A DNA stretch of 63,747 bases from positions 1 to 63,747 of the forward strand of contig CANQKN010000002.1 of NCBI GenBank assembly GCA_947624515.1, written 5' to 3'. The notes below the pieces were generated by a model, which did no database searches, was not told where the DNA came from, and saw only the letters and a program-made list of their open reading frames with translations. The stretch comes from an uncultured Bacilli bacterium (GTDB lineage: Bacteria; Bacillota_I; Bacilli_A; RF39; UBA660). The first letter of the stretch is position 1, and each line of letters begins with the position of its first letter. The translations under genes and the position numbers were made by a program. Shown here one piece after another: positions 40,642 to 48,601 of the stretch.

Positions 40642-40670
40642 GTATCAATTTTTAAAATTTTTCCATACTA
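40642..40670 (+). promoter_or_regulatory. possible forespore (sigma-G/F-like) promoter of the ger operon
   Basis: GTATC - 17 nt - CATACTA, close to the GHATR / CATNNTA consensus. Confidence 0.3.
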
Positions 40671-40688
40671 AAAGTGAGGTGCAATATC

Positions 40689-42113
40689 ATGATAGAAAAA
40701 CTAAAAAAAGATACCAACCAAGTAAGTGATATTATCGATAAAAAAATAGAAATTAACCATCAAACAATTCACATTCTATATTCCGAAGTATTAGCTAGTA
40801 GTGAAGATATTACTAATATTATTTTGAAAAACATCAGTTACATTGTAGAGGAAAATTTATTAAAGGACGAAGATTTATTTACCTATCTATATAATAATAT
40901 TCCTGGTCATAATCGAGTAAGAATCAAAGATTATTCAGACTTTTTAAAAAAAATTTGGAATGGTTACACCATTATTTACATAAATGATCAAGAAATATTT
41001 GCATTTGAAACCAAAGCCCAACTTGATCGTGGAATTAACACAGTAGATAGTGAACTATCAATTCGTGGACCAAAAGACAGTTTTACAGAAAATTTTAATA
41101 AAAATTTTGGACTCATACGAAGAAGAATTAAGAGTAATCATTTATGGCTTACTGACTTAGAAATAGGAAAAGAAACTAAGACAAAAGTTGGAATTCTATA
41201 TATGCAAAATATTGTAGAAGATACTCTAGTAGAAGAAATTGTTTCCAATTTAAAAAAAATTAATATTGATGGCATTATTGATAGTGGTTATTTAAAAAAA
41301 TATTTAGTGAAAAAAAATAGTGTTTTTCCAACCATTATTACTACAGAAAGACCTGATTTAGTCAGTATGGCTTTATTAGAAGGAAAATGTTGTATTTTAG
41401 TAGATAATAGTCCTTATGCACTCATTATGCCATGTTTTTTTATCGACTTTTTTCATACCCCAGATGATTATTATCAAAAGGCAGTCAGTATAACTTTTAT
41501 TCGTTTTATTCGCGTACTTGCCTTTTTAATTGCAATCTTTATTCCTGCCTATTATATTGCTATTACAACACATAATCACGATTCGGTTACTACAGATCTG
41601 TTACTTAACTTTTTATCACAGAGAAGATCTGTTCCCTTTCCGGCTTTAGTAGAAGGATTAATTATGACAATATCTTTTGAAATTTTAAGAGAAAGTGATA
41701 TGCGAATGGCATCTACTATGGGAACAGCAGTATCCATTTTGGGTGGCCTTGTTTTAGGAGATGCTGCTGTTCAAGCAGGAATTATCTCTCCTATTATGAT
41801 TATTGTAGTTGCAATTAGTGCTATTTCTGGTCTTGCTTTCACTTCGATTGAATTAACATCTGCTATTCGTTTTTGGCGAATTTTACTCATGATTTTAGCA
41901 GCAATGTTAGGTATTTATGGAATCTTCCTAGGACTCATTTTACTAGTAACTAAACTTGCTAGTATTACCTCTTTCCAACAACCATACTTAGCTCCTTTTT
42001 CTCCTTTTATTAAAGTAGAACAGAAAGATGCAATCCTAAAAATTAATAATGGAAATCATATTAAAAAACGAAACCCATTACTAACCACTAAAAATAGAGT
42101 ACGAGGTCGATAA
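40689..42113 (+). CDS. spore germination protein, GerA family A subunit
   Basis: GerAA-like motifs FPTIITTERPD, ALLEGKCCILVDNSPYALIMP and C-terminal TM bundle. Start at ATG 40689, 8 nt after a GTGAGGTG SD. Confidence 0.9.
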   Translation: MIEKLKKDTNQVSDIIDKKIEINHQTIHILYSEVLASSEDITNIILKNISYIVEENLLKDEDLFTYLYNNIPGHNRVRIKDYSDFLKKIWNGYTIIYINDQEIFAFETKAQLDRGINTVDSELSIRGPKDSFTENFNKNFGLIRRRIKSNHLWLTDLEIGKETKTKVGILYMQNIVEDTLVEEIVSNLKKINIDGIIDSGYLKKYLVKKNSVFPTIITTERPDLVSMALLEGKCCILVDNSPYALIMPCFFIDFFHTPDDYYQKAVSITFIRFIRVLAFLIAIFIPAYYIAITTHNHDSVTTDLLLNFLSQRRSVPFPALVEGLIMTISFEILRESDMRMASTMGTAVSILGGLVLGDAAVQAGIISPIMIIVVAISAISGLAFTSIELTSAIRFWRILLMILAAMLGIYGIFLGLILLVTKLASITSFQQPYLAPFSPFIKVEQKDAILKINNGNHIKKRNPLLTTKNRVRGR

Positions 42114-42114
42114 A

Positions 42115-43107
42115 ATGAAAAGATGGCTATTTATATGTATAAGTATTTTTCTACTAACAGGATGTACATCTTATACAGAATTAAATGAATTAAGTATTGT
42201 AAACACTTTAGGAATTGATTATCAAGAAAACAAATATCAATTAACAGTCAATGTAATGGATGGAAATTTAGATGATGGTAAAATTGAAGAAAAGATTACA
42301 ACTTATACTAGTCAAGGAACAACTTTAGAAGAAGCTTTTCAAATGATTTATCGAAAAAGCGAAAAAAGAATTTATTTATCACATATTGATTTACTTATTT
42401 TAACAGAAGATGCCATTAATAATCATTTAATCGATATTATTGAAAACTTCTTACAAAATAATGAATATCGTAATAATTTTAATGTTGTCTTACTAAAAGA
42501 TATTTCCTTAAAAGACTTTATGGAAAAGAAATTAGTAGCAGAACAAATAAATAATTTATTAAACACGAATTATAAAGAAACGGCTATGACAAAACCACAA
42601 GATTTAGAAACGATGATGCAAGAACTATTAATGGATAAAAATACCTATCTACCAACAATTACCGATCAAAATGATGAAATCTTTTTAAGAGGATTAACTC
42701 TTATTAAAAATAATCAAATTCTAGAAGAACTAACCATAGAAGATACCATTCTTTTTAATCTACTGAAAAACACTCTACATAAAACTACTATCTCTCCCTA
42801 TATGATTTCGGAAAATCAGACTTTAGTGACAACGAAAAAGAATGAGATTTATTTTCATTTTCATACCATAGTAAATCAAAAGGATGATTTCGAAAAACAA
42901 ATGAAATCGAAATTACTATCTTTTCTAACAAAATATCAACAAAAAGATTATGATATTTTAAAACTAACCCAAAAAATTTATCAAAATGATTATCACTACT
43001 ATCAACAAACGCCAAATTTATTATCAAAATTAAATTTTCATTTTTCATTTGAAATAAAGGAAAAAGAAAACTATTTACAAGGAGAATTATTTTATGAAAC
43101 TAGATAA
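42115..43107 (+). CDS. Ger(x)C family spore germination lipoprotein
   Basis: 330 aa; lipobox LLTGC, ELNELSIVNTLGIDY start typical of GerAC-type proteins. Confidence 0.88.
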   Translation: MKRWLFICISIFLLTGCTSYTELNELSIVNTLGIDYQENKYQLTVNVMDGNLDDGKIEEKITTYTSQGTTLEEAFQMIYRKSEKRIYLSHIDLLILTEDAINNHLIDIIENFLQNNEYRNNFNVVLLKDISLKDFMEKKLVAEQINNLLNTNYKETAMTKPQDLETMMQELLMDKNTYLPTITDQNDEIFLRGLTLIKNNQILEELTIEDTILFNLLKNTLHKTTISPYMISENQTLVTTKKNEIYFHFHTIVNQKDDFEKQMKSKLLSFLTKYQQKDYDILKLTQKIYQNDYHYYQQTPNLLSKLNFHFSFEIKEKENYLQGELFYETR

Positions 43108-44158
43108 AATTACCTCTTACCAATATGCAACACTTACTTTTTTTCTATTAAATTCTTTTAGTATGAATGTTGGCTATTATACATTAACGAATCAAACTGG
43201 AAATGATTGTATCTTTTCCATTTTATTAGGTGGCATTTTAATTTTAATATTAGCAAGTTTGATTTTTTATCTCCATGAGAAATACCCAGATGGCATCATA
43301 GAAACCTTAAGAAAAAAATTTCCTATATTTCTACAAATTCTATTTTATCCTTGTTTCTTTTTATTAATAGCAGCTAGTAGTATTTATTCGTTCTCACTCC
43401 TAATTTCATTTCTTCACTATTATGTATTAAAAGAAGTAGGATTATTAACTATTTCTTTTAGTCTCATGATTACAGTATTATATATTGTAAAGAAAGGCAT
43501 AAAAACAATTAGTAAAATTAGCGAAATCTTTTTCTATTTTTCTATCTTTATCTTTTTCTTTGGTGCAATTGGTCTTATCAAATATCTGAATTTATCGAAT
43601 TTAAAGCCTTTACTTACAACTACCATTCAAAAAAATATATCGAGTTCCCTTACTTACTTTTTATCATCAATTATTCCTTTTTTCTTATTATTTTCTATTC
43701 CCAAAAAAGAAATGGAACCTACCAAAAATTTTAAAAAATTACCTTATCTTTTGACTCTTTTATCAATTATTTTAACATTTATACAGTTGGTAATTATTCT
43801 TTCCGTATTAGGAATTCATCTAACAAATATCTATCAAAATCCAGACATGATCATTTATAAAAAGATATCTTTTTTAAATATTTTAGAACGCGTAGAAGTA
43901 TTTTTAGCTTTTAATAATATTTTAAATAGTTTATTTATAATTATATTAGGAATTCACTTTATGAATCAAATGATAAATAGTCTACTAAAAAAGAAAAAAG
44001 AGCATATTTCTTTAGCTCTTATTGGTCTATTTTTTATAATGGTAACAACTCTATTTACTTTTCCACTTTCTTTGTACTTAAAAACTAGTATTTTAATATT
44101 TTTACTATTTGGTATTTTTATTCTATGCTGTCTGAAGTACAAGTATAACCATCATTAG
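43094..44158 (+). CDS. spore germination permease, GerAB type
   Basis: 354 aa, about 10 TM; ITSYQYATLTFFLLNSF N-terminus typical of spore permeases. Confidence 0.85.
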   Translation: MKLDKITSYQYATLTFFLLNSFSMNVGYYTLTNQTGNDCIFSILLGGILILILASLIFYLHEKYPDGIIETLRKKFPIFLQILFYPCFFLLIAASSIYSFSLLISFLHYYVLKEVGLLTISFSLMITVLYIVKKGIKTISKISEIFFYFSIFIFFFGAIGLIKYLNLSNLKPLLTTTIQKNISSSLTYFLSSIIPFFLLFSIPKKEMEPTKNFKKLPYLLTLLSIILTFIQLVIILSVLGIHLTNIYQNPDMIIYKKISFLNILERVEVFLAFNNILNSLFIIILGIHFMNQMINSLLKKKKEHISLALIGLFFIMVTTLFTFPLSLYLKTSILIFLLFGIFILCCLKYKYNHH

Positions 44159-44699
44159 TTAGTTCCTGCGTAATAGTGGGAATAGAATCTTTTAATTGAT
44201 ATTTTGATTGAATAACAGTTGGTTCACTATCTCCAGGAACAACAAGCATACTTTCTTGAAATTGTCCTAAATGATAAATCTCATCGATTTCTAATACTAA
44301 AGTATCATCGTGTGGACTAACAGAATAAGTATATCCATCTAAAATAGTAAACGCATTTGCTAAAACACCATGGCGTTGTTTTTCTGATTCATAAATCGTA
44401 GGATCAAGATAAGTTCTTAGAACACTTCTAGTATAGTCCTCAAGTTCTGTACCACGATGTTCGAAAATAATAGTTTCTTGCTCTGTATAATTTTCTGCTA
44501 CTCTATTTTGAATAGTACAAGTAGTCGTTGTGATAGGAATAATAGGTTCCGTTGTTGGTGGAATAACTTCTTCTTCTTTAAATACCACCCGAAATACTGG
44601 TGGTAAAATAATTAATAAACTCAATATCAAAATACCTAATATAGATAAAACCCAATTGGTTACAGTAAGGCCTACTTTTTGATTGTTCATATTGTTCAT
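44118..44699 (-). CDS. membrane-anchored hypothetical protein (paralogue of 37893..38357)
   Basis: 193 aa; TM, Pro/Thr linker, TTCT...ENYTEQETIIFEHRGTELEDYT ... NDGYTCTSD. 41-nt convergent overlap with the ger permease gene. Confidence 0.6.
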   Translation of the reverse strand: MNNMNNQKVGLTVTNWVLSILGILILSLLIILPPVFRVVFKEEEVIPPTTEPIIPITTTTCTIQNRVAENYTEQETIIFEHRGTELEDYTRSVLRTYLDPTIYESEKQRHGVLANAFTILDGYTYSVSPHDDTLVLEIDEIYHLGQFQESMLVVPGDSEPTVIQSKYQLKDSIPTITQELTNDGYTCTSDSIE

Positions 44700-44771
44700 G
44701 ATATCCCCTCTATTCTATTATTAGTTTACCATGTTTTAGAGAAAATGAAAATAAAAATATAATTTTTGTTG

Positions 44772-44798
44772 AAAAAACTGATAGCAATCTCTATCAGC
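44772..44798 (-). terminator. intrinsic terminator
   Basis: Minus strand CTGATAG-AGATTG-CTATCAG followed by TTTTTTC. Confidence 0.6.
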
Positions 44799-44858
44799 TT
44801 TCTCTCTTGTTCTATTATTAATGCTATATCAAATACCATATAGTATATGATATCTATT

Positions 44859-45500
44859 TTACTTTTTCACTAATTTCTTTTGTCCATTTGGTGTATATTC
44901 ATCTAGTTTCCACAATTCTGAAAATAGTATCATTTTTCTCTCTAAATTAGCATCTTTTTCTCTTCGAATCTTTATTTTTTCTTGATTTTCTAAAGATAGT
45001 TTGCTGTTAGAAACATATGATAAAAAACCACAATGTGGACACATTTGATAATAATTTCCATTTTCTGCAAGAAAACAATCTTCCATATTAATACGAAAGG
45101 CTTTTCCACAAGGAGTAGTAATCTCTGGTCTAGTCAATACTGGAATATCTTTTATATTTTCCATATGGTATATCATTAGAGGACTTTTTTCAAAGCAATA
45201 TTCACTTATCATACTTTCGATTACAGGATCAATTGGATATCGTTTTAACAATTCATCTAAATTGTCTGGATTCTTTAAATAAACACGATCATCTAAATCA
45301 AAATCTAAATCTGAAATCAAAGAAACTGTGTATTCAAATCCTGGCAAACTAACATCATAACAAATATGATAATTTTTTAATATTTCTTTTTCAGATAATT
45401 TCTTCCATAAAAAGCCAAGAAACTCATTAAAAAATTCATATTCCATAACTTTTTTTTTTACTGTGTTTAAATAAGTGATAGATAAATGTTTGATTGTCAA
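44859..45500 (-). CDS. hypothetical zinc-ribbon protein; 5' end apparently disrupted at an A10 tract
   Basis: The track ORF starts at a TTG without an SD. A strong AAGGAG SD plus ATG at 45513 is in another frame, and the two frames are joined only if the A10 run (45450-45459) were A9. Body contains TPCG...CPHCG. Confidence 0.55.
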   Translation of the reverse strand: MTIKHLSITYLNTVKKKVMEYEFFNEFLGFLWKKLSEKEILKNYHICYDVSLPGFEYTVSLISDLDFDLDDRVYLKNPDNLDELLKRYPIDPVIESMISEYCFEKSPLMIYHMENIKDIPVLTRPEITTPCGKAFRINMEDCFLAENGNYYQMCPHCGFLSYVSNSKLSLENQEKIKIRREKDANLERKMILFSELWKLDEYTPNGQKKLVKK

Positions 45501-45589
45501 TTATTGTTTTCATAACTGTTAACTCCTTCATCAAAGTAATCATTTTTTCTATAGATTTATGATAAAATTAATTACTAAAATTGTCAACT

Positions 45590-45620
45590 AAAAAAAGTTC
45601 ACAATATGAGTGTGAACTTT
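45590..45620 (-). terminator. intrinsic terminator
   Basis: Minus strand AAAGTTCACA-CTCATAT-TGTGAACTTT followed by a T-run. Confidence 0.55.
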
Positions 45621-46054
45621 TATAAAAATTGTTTTAATTTTTCAACTGCTTCTTCTTGCATCGTAACATATTCCTGTAGTAACTTATGTACTTGCTCTTC
45701 CGTATCTTTATGATTTAATAATTTTCTTCCTTCAATAATACCCATATTGGTTCCTTGTAATAAGATTTCTGCTATTTTAGAAGTACTTTTATCCATCATA
45801 GTTTTCATTTCAATTCCATACCAAGTCATAGCTTTATTCATAGAATTCGTTTCATGAGGATGTTTTTTACTATACTCTGGGTATAACTCGCAAATCTTAT
45901 TCGAAATAGCTTGATAATGCTCATATTGGTGATTTAATTCTTGACGAAGATTTTCATCTTCTACTTTATCTAAGATAAAATGAATTGCATCCATTCCCAT
46001 ACAAGCACCCTTATTTAATTCATCTAAAACATTTACTTCATTTTCTGTTTCCAT
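45620..46054 (-). CDS. four-helix-bundle protein (DUF2383-like, tentative)
   Basis: 144 aa; NKGACMGMDAIHFILDKVED...MTWYGIEMKT...GTNMGIIEGRKLL resembles a ferritin-like helical family recalled from clostridia. Assignment is from memory only. Confidence 0.5.
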   Translation of the reverse strand: METENEVNVLDELNKGACMGMDAIHFILDKVEDENLRQELNHQYEHYQAISNKICELYPEYSKKHPHETNSMNKAMTWYGIEMKTMMDKSTSKIAEILLQGTNMGIIEGRKLLNHKDTEEQVHKLLQEYVTMQEEAVEKLKQFL

Positions 46055-46100
46055 AATAGCCTCCCTTTATAAGATGAATCAAAAAATAAAAATTATACTT

Positions 46101-47039
46101 TTATTTTAAATAAAGACTTTTTCCTGCTTCTAAATATATAATATATTTTCCAGTTTTATTACAGTGAAAAATTAATCTTGGATACTGTTTTTGCAGTTTT
46201 TCTAATTCTTCTTGGCATGGTGTAATTGTTTCTTCTTTTGGATAATATTTGGTCCAATTTTCATTCATGGCAATCCAATAAGATTCTACTTTTACCCAAA
46301 CGTAATCTGTTTGTTTCTTTTCTTCTAAAACTTGATAAATTCCTTTTTGAATGTAACCATTACTAGAAGAAGTAGTACTAGGATCACTTCTAGCATACAA
46401 ATCATCTACTAATACTTCTACTTGATTCATAGAAGGATCTCGACTAATAGGAGTTCCTACGATTTTTTTTTCGTCTTTTGGTAACTCTTTCCAAATTAAG
46501 GATCCACCCCAAATTTCATTGGTAAAACTTCGATCAAGATAAAATACATCTTCTGGCTTTAAGGATGTTCCTGGTGTCATAATCCAAGCTCCATTTGAAT
46601 TTTGTTTCCAATTATCACAGTATCCACGCCCACAAGACATATGAATATGATTAGCAGTAGCGCCATCTACTCCTTCATAACAAATGATTTCGCCTCTTTT
46701 AAAAGTATCCCCTACTTTGATATTTTTTAAGTCAGAATCATTAGAATGTGTAAGAGCAATATAAGCAATATCGGTAAATGTTGGTGTAACAACTGGAGAA
46801 GTAGATACTAACCAAATGGTATTCGTGTAACCGTTTCCTACTCCCTGCACATTCGTAACTTTCATTTCGTCACAACAACAGTAAATAGGATCTCTTCCCG
46901 TATCCTTACCAGCATCATCAATTGGATAATCTACCAAACCATCTGTAACATTAATACAATGATTACGATGGCTTCCTTCATCATATCGACAAGTAATACG
47001 CATATTTTTTAAAGGATAAGTCATATAATTTTTAGTCAT
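46101..47039 (-). CDS. M23-family peptidoglycan hydrolase (phage endolysin type) with SH3-like C-domain
   Basis: RITCRYDEGSH...DDAGKDTGRDPIY...TIWLVS...HSNDSDL..VGD...EGVDGATANHIHM matches the M23 lysin pattern (H/D then HxH). The C-terminus (YVWVKVESYWIAMNENW) is SH3b-like. Start at ATG 47039 after an AGGAGA SD, overlapping the holin stop (ATGACTAA). Confidence 0.8.
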   Translation of the reverse strand: MTKNYMTYPLKNMRITCRYDEGSHRNHCINVTDGLVDYPIDDAGKDTGRDPIYCCCDEMKVTNVQGVGNGYTNTIWLVSTSPVVTPTFTDIAYIALTHSNDSDLKNIKVGDTFKRGEIICYEGVDGATANHIHMSCGRGYCDNWKQNSNGAWIMTPGTSLKPEDVFYLDRSFTNEIWGGSLIWKELPKDEKKIVGTPISRDPSMNQVEVLVDDLYARSDPSTTSSSNGYIQKGIYQVLEEKKQTDYVWVKVESYWIAMNENWTKYYPKEETITPCQEELEKLQKQYPRLIFHCNKTGKYIIYLEAGKSLYLK

Positions 47040-47400
47040 AATCAATCTCTCCTATAATATCATGATCTTGAGAATCAGGGCTAATTTCTGATGGTAGATT
47101 TGTATCATCTTTTTTACCTACTAAATCAGTATAACTAGAAAGTTTACCTTCTAAGCTCTTATAGATACTATCAGCTCCTAAAAAACTAAATAATCCAACC
47201 CACAAACTATGAATGAAATTGGCATTTGTGAAAGTTTGACAAAAGAAGAACCCTAATATCATATTAGTAAGAAAACCTTGTATAATAATACATTTACTAT
47301 TTCGACAAAACTTCTTTGTCTTCTGAATAAAAATCACCGTAATACTACTACATGCAATAGCGATAACTAATAAGTTTTGAAGTAAGCTCCAATTTAACAT
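47032..47400 (-). CDS. putative holin
   Basis: 122 aa from ATG 47400 (AAGGAAGGG SD). Three TM segments and a charged C-terminal tail; translationally coupled to the lysin gene. Confidence 0.6.
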   Translation of the reverse strand: MLNWSLLQNLLVIAIACSSITVIFIQKTKKFCRNSKCIIIQGFLTNMILGFFFCQTFTNANFIHSLWVGLFSFLGADSIYKSLEGKLSSYTDLVGKKDDTNLPSEISPDSQDHDIIGEIDYD

Positions 47401-47524
47401 ATTATCCCTTCCTTTCATCATATTATATGAAGGAAAGAAGAGGATGCCTGTTAGTTTAACACAGGAAAAAAGGAAAAAAGGACTTGCATCTCATACTAAT
47501 TTATATTAAACTATAAGAGTAATT

Positions 47525-47598
47525 GCCGATTTAGTTTAGCGGTAAAACAGGCCCTTGGTAAGGGTCAGAGGACATTTCGACTATGTCATTCGGCACCA
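47525..47598 (+). tRNA. tRNA-Thr (GGT anticodon), atypical
   Basis: 74-nt cloverleaf. Arms: GCCGATT/TA/GTTT-AGCGGTA-AAAC/A/GGCCC-TTGGTAA-GGGTC/AGAG/GACAT-TTCGACT-ATGTC/ATTCGGC/A/CCA. It has a U6:U67 mismatch and U53-A61 instead of the near-universal G53-C61. Confidence 0.75.
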
Positions 47599-47617
47599 GA
47601 TAGATACCAAACTCGGA
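47592..47617 (+). repeat. att-like direct repeat, copy 1 (tRNA-Thr 3' end plus flank)
   Basis: GGCACCAGATAGATACCAAACTCGGA; compare 48517..48541. Confidence 0.6.
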
Positions 47618-47636
47618 CTATTATAGTTCGGGTTTT
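47612..47636 (+). terminator. intrinsic terminator after tRNA-Thr
   Basis: CTCGGACT-ATTAT-AGTTCGGG (8 bp including 2 G:U) followed by TTTT. Confidence 0.55.
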
Positions 47637-47714
47637 AAAATGTTTGAAAATATGATACAATATTTTTAGATTTAAATTGATATATTTGTCAATTTAGAAA
47701 AACATACTTGCGTA

Positions 47715-47742
47715 TTGACAACCAATGCGTGTGTATTATAAT
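47715..47742 (+). promoter_or_regulatory. consensus sigma-A promoter
   Basis: TTGACA - 16 nt - TATAAT. Confidence 0.6.
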
Positions 47743-47828
47743 ACTACAAATAGGAGAAATAGTCTGAAAAATAATTATTTTCATGACTATGTGTGTCTTC
47801 AACGAAGTGAAAGGAATGTGTGGTTAAT

Positions 47829-48443
47829 ATGAGTTTGAATAGAATTATGGCTAATATGATGGCCGGTAGTAATGCAAAAATAATTTCTGGAGAAATTAGT
47901 GGAAATGTTGATCCATATATTGAATGGATAAAATGGTTATCATATCTACCAGAATTTCAAAAAGCGAGAATACAGGAATTAAATTCTAAAATAGTAGAAG
48001 AATTGAGTTTAGAAGAATTAGATGAGATAAGAGCTTATAAAAGTCAAATTAGAATGTTAGATCTATTTAAAATATATGGTACAAGTGAGATTTCTAAAAA
48101 AGAATATATGGAAGTTTCTGATTTTATGGTAAATCAATCTATAGAAGAATTAATGCTTAGCAAGTTGTCTTCGGGAGAACTTAGATATGCAAAAGACCAA
48201 ATACAATACTTTAGTCAAATTCCAAGTGAAGAATTAAGAAAAAAAGTAAATGAAGAACAAAAAGCCAATAATTATGAAGAATTGTCTATGGTGGACTCTT
48301 ATGTTTTACATATTGTATCAAGGGTTGATTTTGCAAGAAATATGGCAAGACTTAATAGTGAAATAGAAGCTCAACTTAGAGAAAATGATGCTATGAGACA
48401 AAGAAGTTTATATTTTGCTGCTAATCCTTATATAAAAAGATAA
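47829..48443 (+). CDS. hypothetical helical acidic protein (sole gene of the islet)
   Basis: 204-aa ORF from ATG 47829; the track uses GTG at 47820. No TM and no recognisable motif. A strong terminator follows. Confidence 0.6.
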   Translation: MSLNRIMANMMAGSNAKIISGEISGNVDPYIEWIKWLSYLPEFQKARIQELNSKIVEELSLEELDEIRAYKSQIRMLDLFKIYGTSEISKKEYMEVSDFMVNQSIEELMLSKLSSGELRYAKDQIQYFSQIPSEELRKKVNEEQKANNYEELSMVDSYVLHIVSRVDFARNMARLNSEIEAQLRENDAMRQRSLYFAANPYIKR

Positions 48444-48448
48444 TTTAT

Positions 48449-48490
48449 AAATAGTTAGTTAATGATTTATTACTAACTATTTCTTTGTTC
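48449..48490 (+). terminator. intrinsic terminator
   Basis: 11-bp perfect stem AAATAGTTAGT / ACTAACTATTT followed by TCTTTGTT. Confidence 0.7.
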
Positions 48491-48516
48491 AAAAATTGTT
48501 GTACTCCTTCCTTTAG

Positions 48517-48541
48517 GGCACCAGATTGATAGTTACTCGGA
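48517..48541 (+). repeat. att-like direct repeat, copy 2
   Basis: GGCACCAGATTGATAGTTACTCGGA. The first 15 nt differ from copy 1 at one position, ACTCGGA is shared, and a TACTCG-GAAAATT-CGAGTA hairpin follows. Confidence 0.6.
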
Positions 48542-48567
48542 AAATTCGAGTAAAAATAGAACACGAC

Positions 48568-48595
48568 TTGTAAAAGTACGTTTTTATGTTATTAT
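48568..48595 (+). promoter_or_regulatory. sigma-A-type promoter with extended -10
   Basis: TTGTAA - 16 nt - TATTAT preceded by TGT (TGnTATTAT). Confidence 0.4.
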
Positions 48596-48601
48596 GTATT
48601 T

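Noticed and set aside
40674-40688. GTG start proposed by the ORF track for the GerA-type gene (MRCNIM...)
   Set aside because: That GTG is part of the GTGAGGTG Shine-Dalgarno. The ATG at 40689 is correctly spaced. The same reasoning was applied to the track starts at 35868, 17848, 17409, 47421, 47045, 52766 and 59342.
42788-43048. 86-aa ORF antisense to the GerC-type gene
   Set aside because: Embedded antisense ORF.
47783-47827. 14-codon upstream ORF (MTMCVFNEVKGMCG) in the leader of the islet gene
   Set aside because: It has no SD and sits partly within a hairpin. It is most likely fortuitous, although its stop lies 1 nt before the main ATG.
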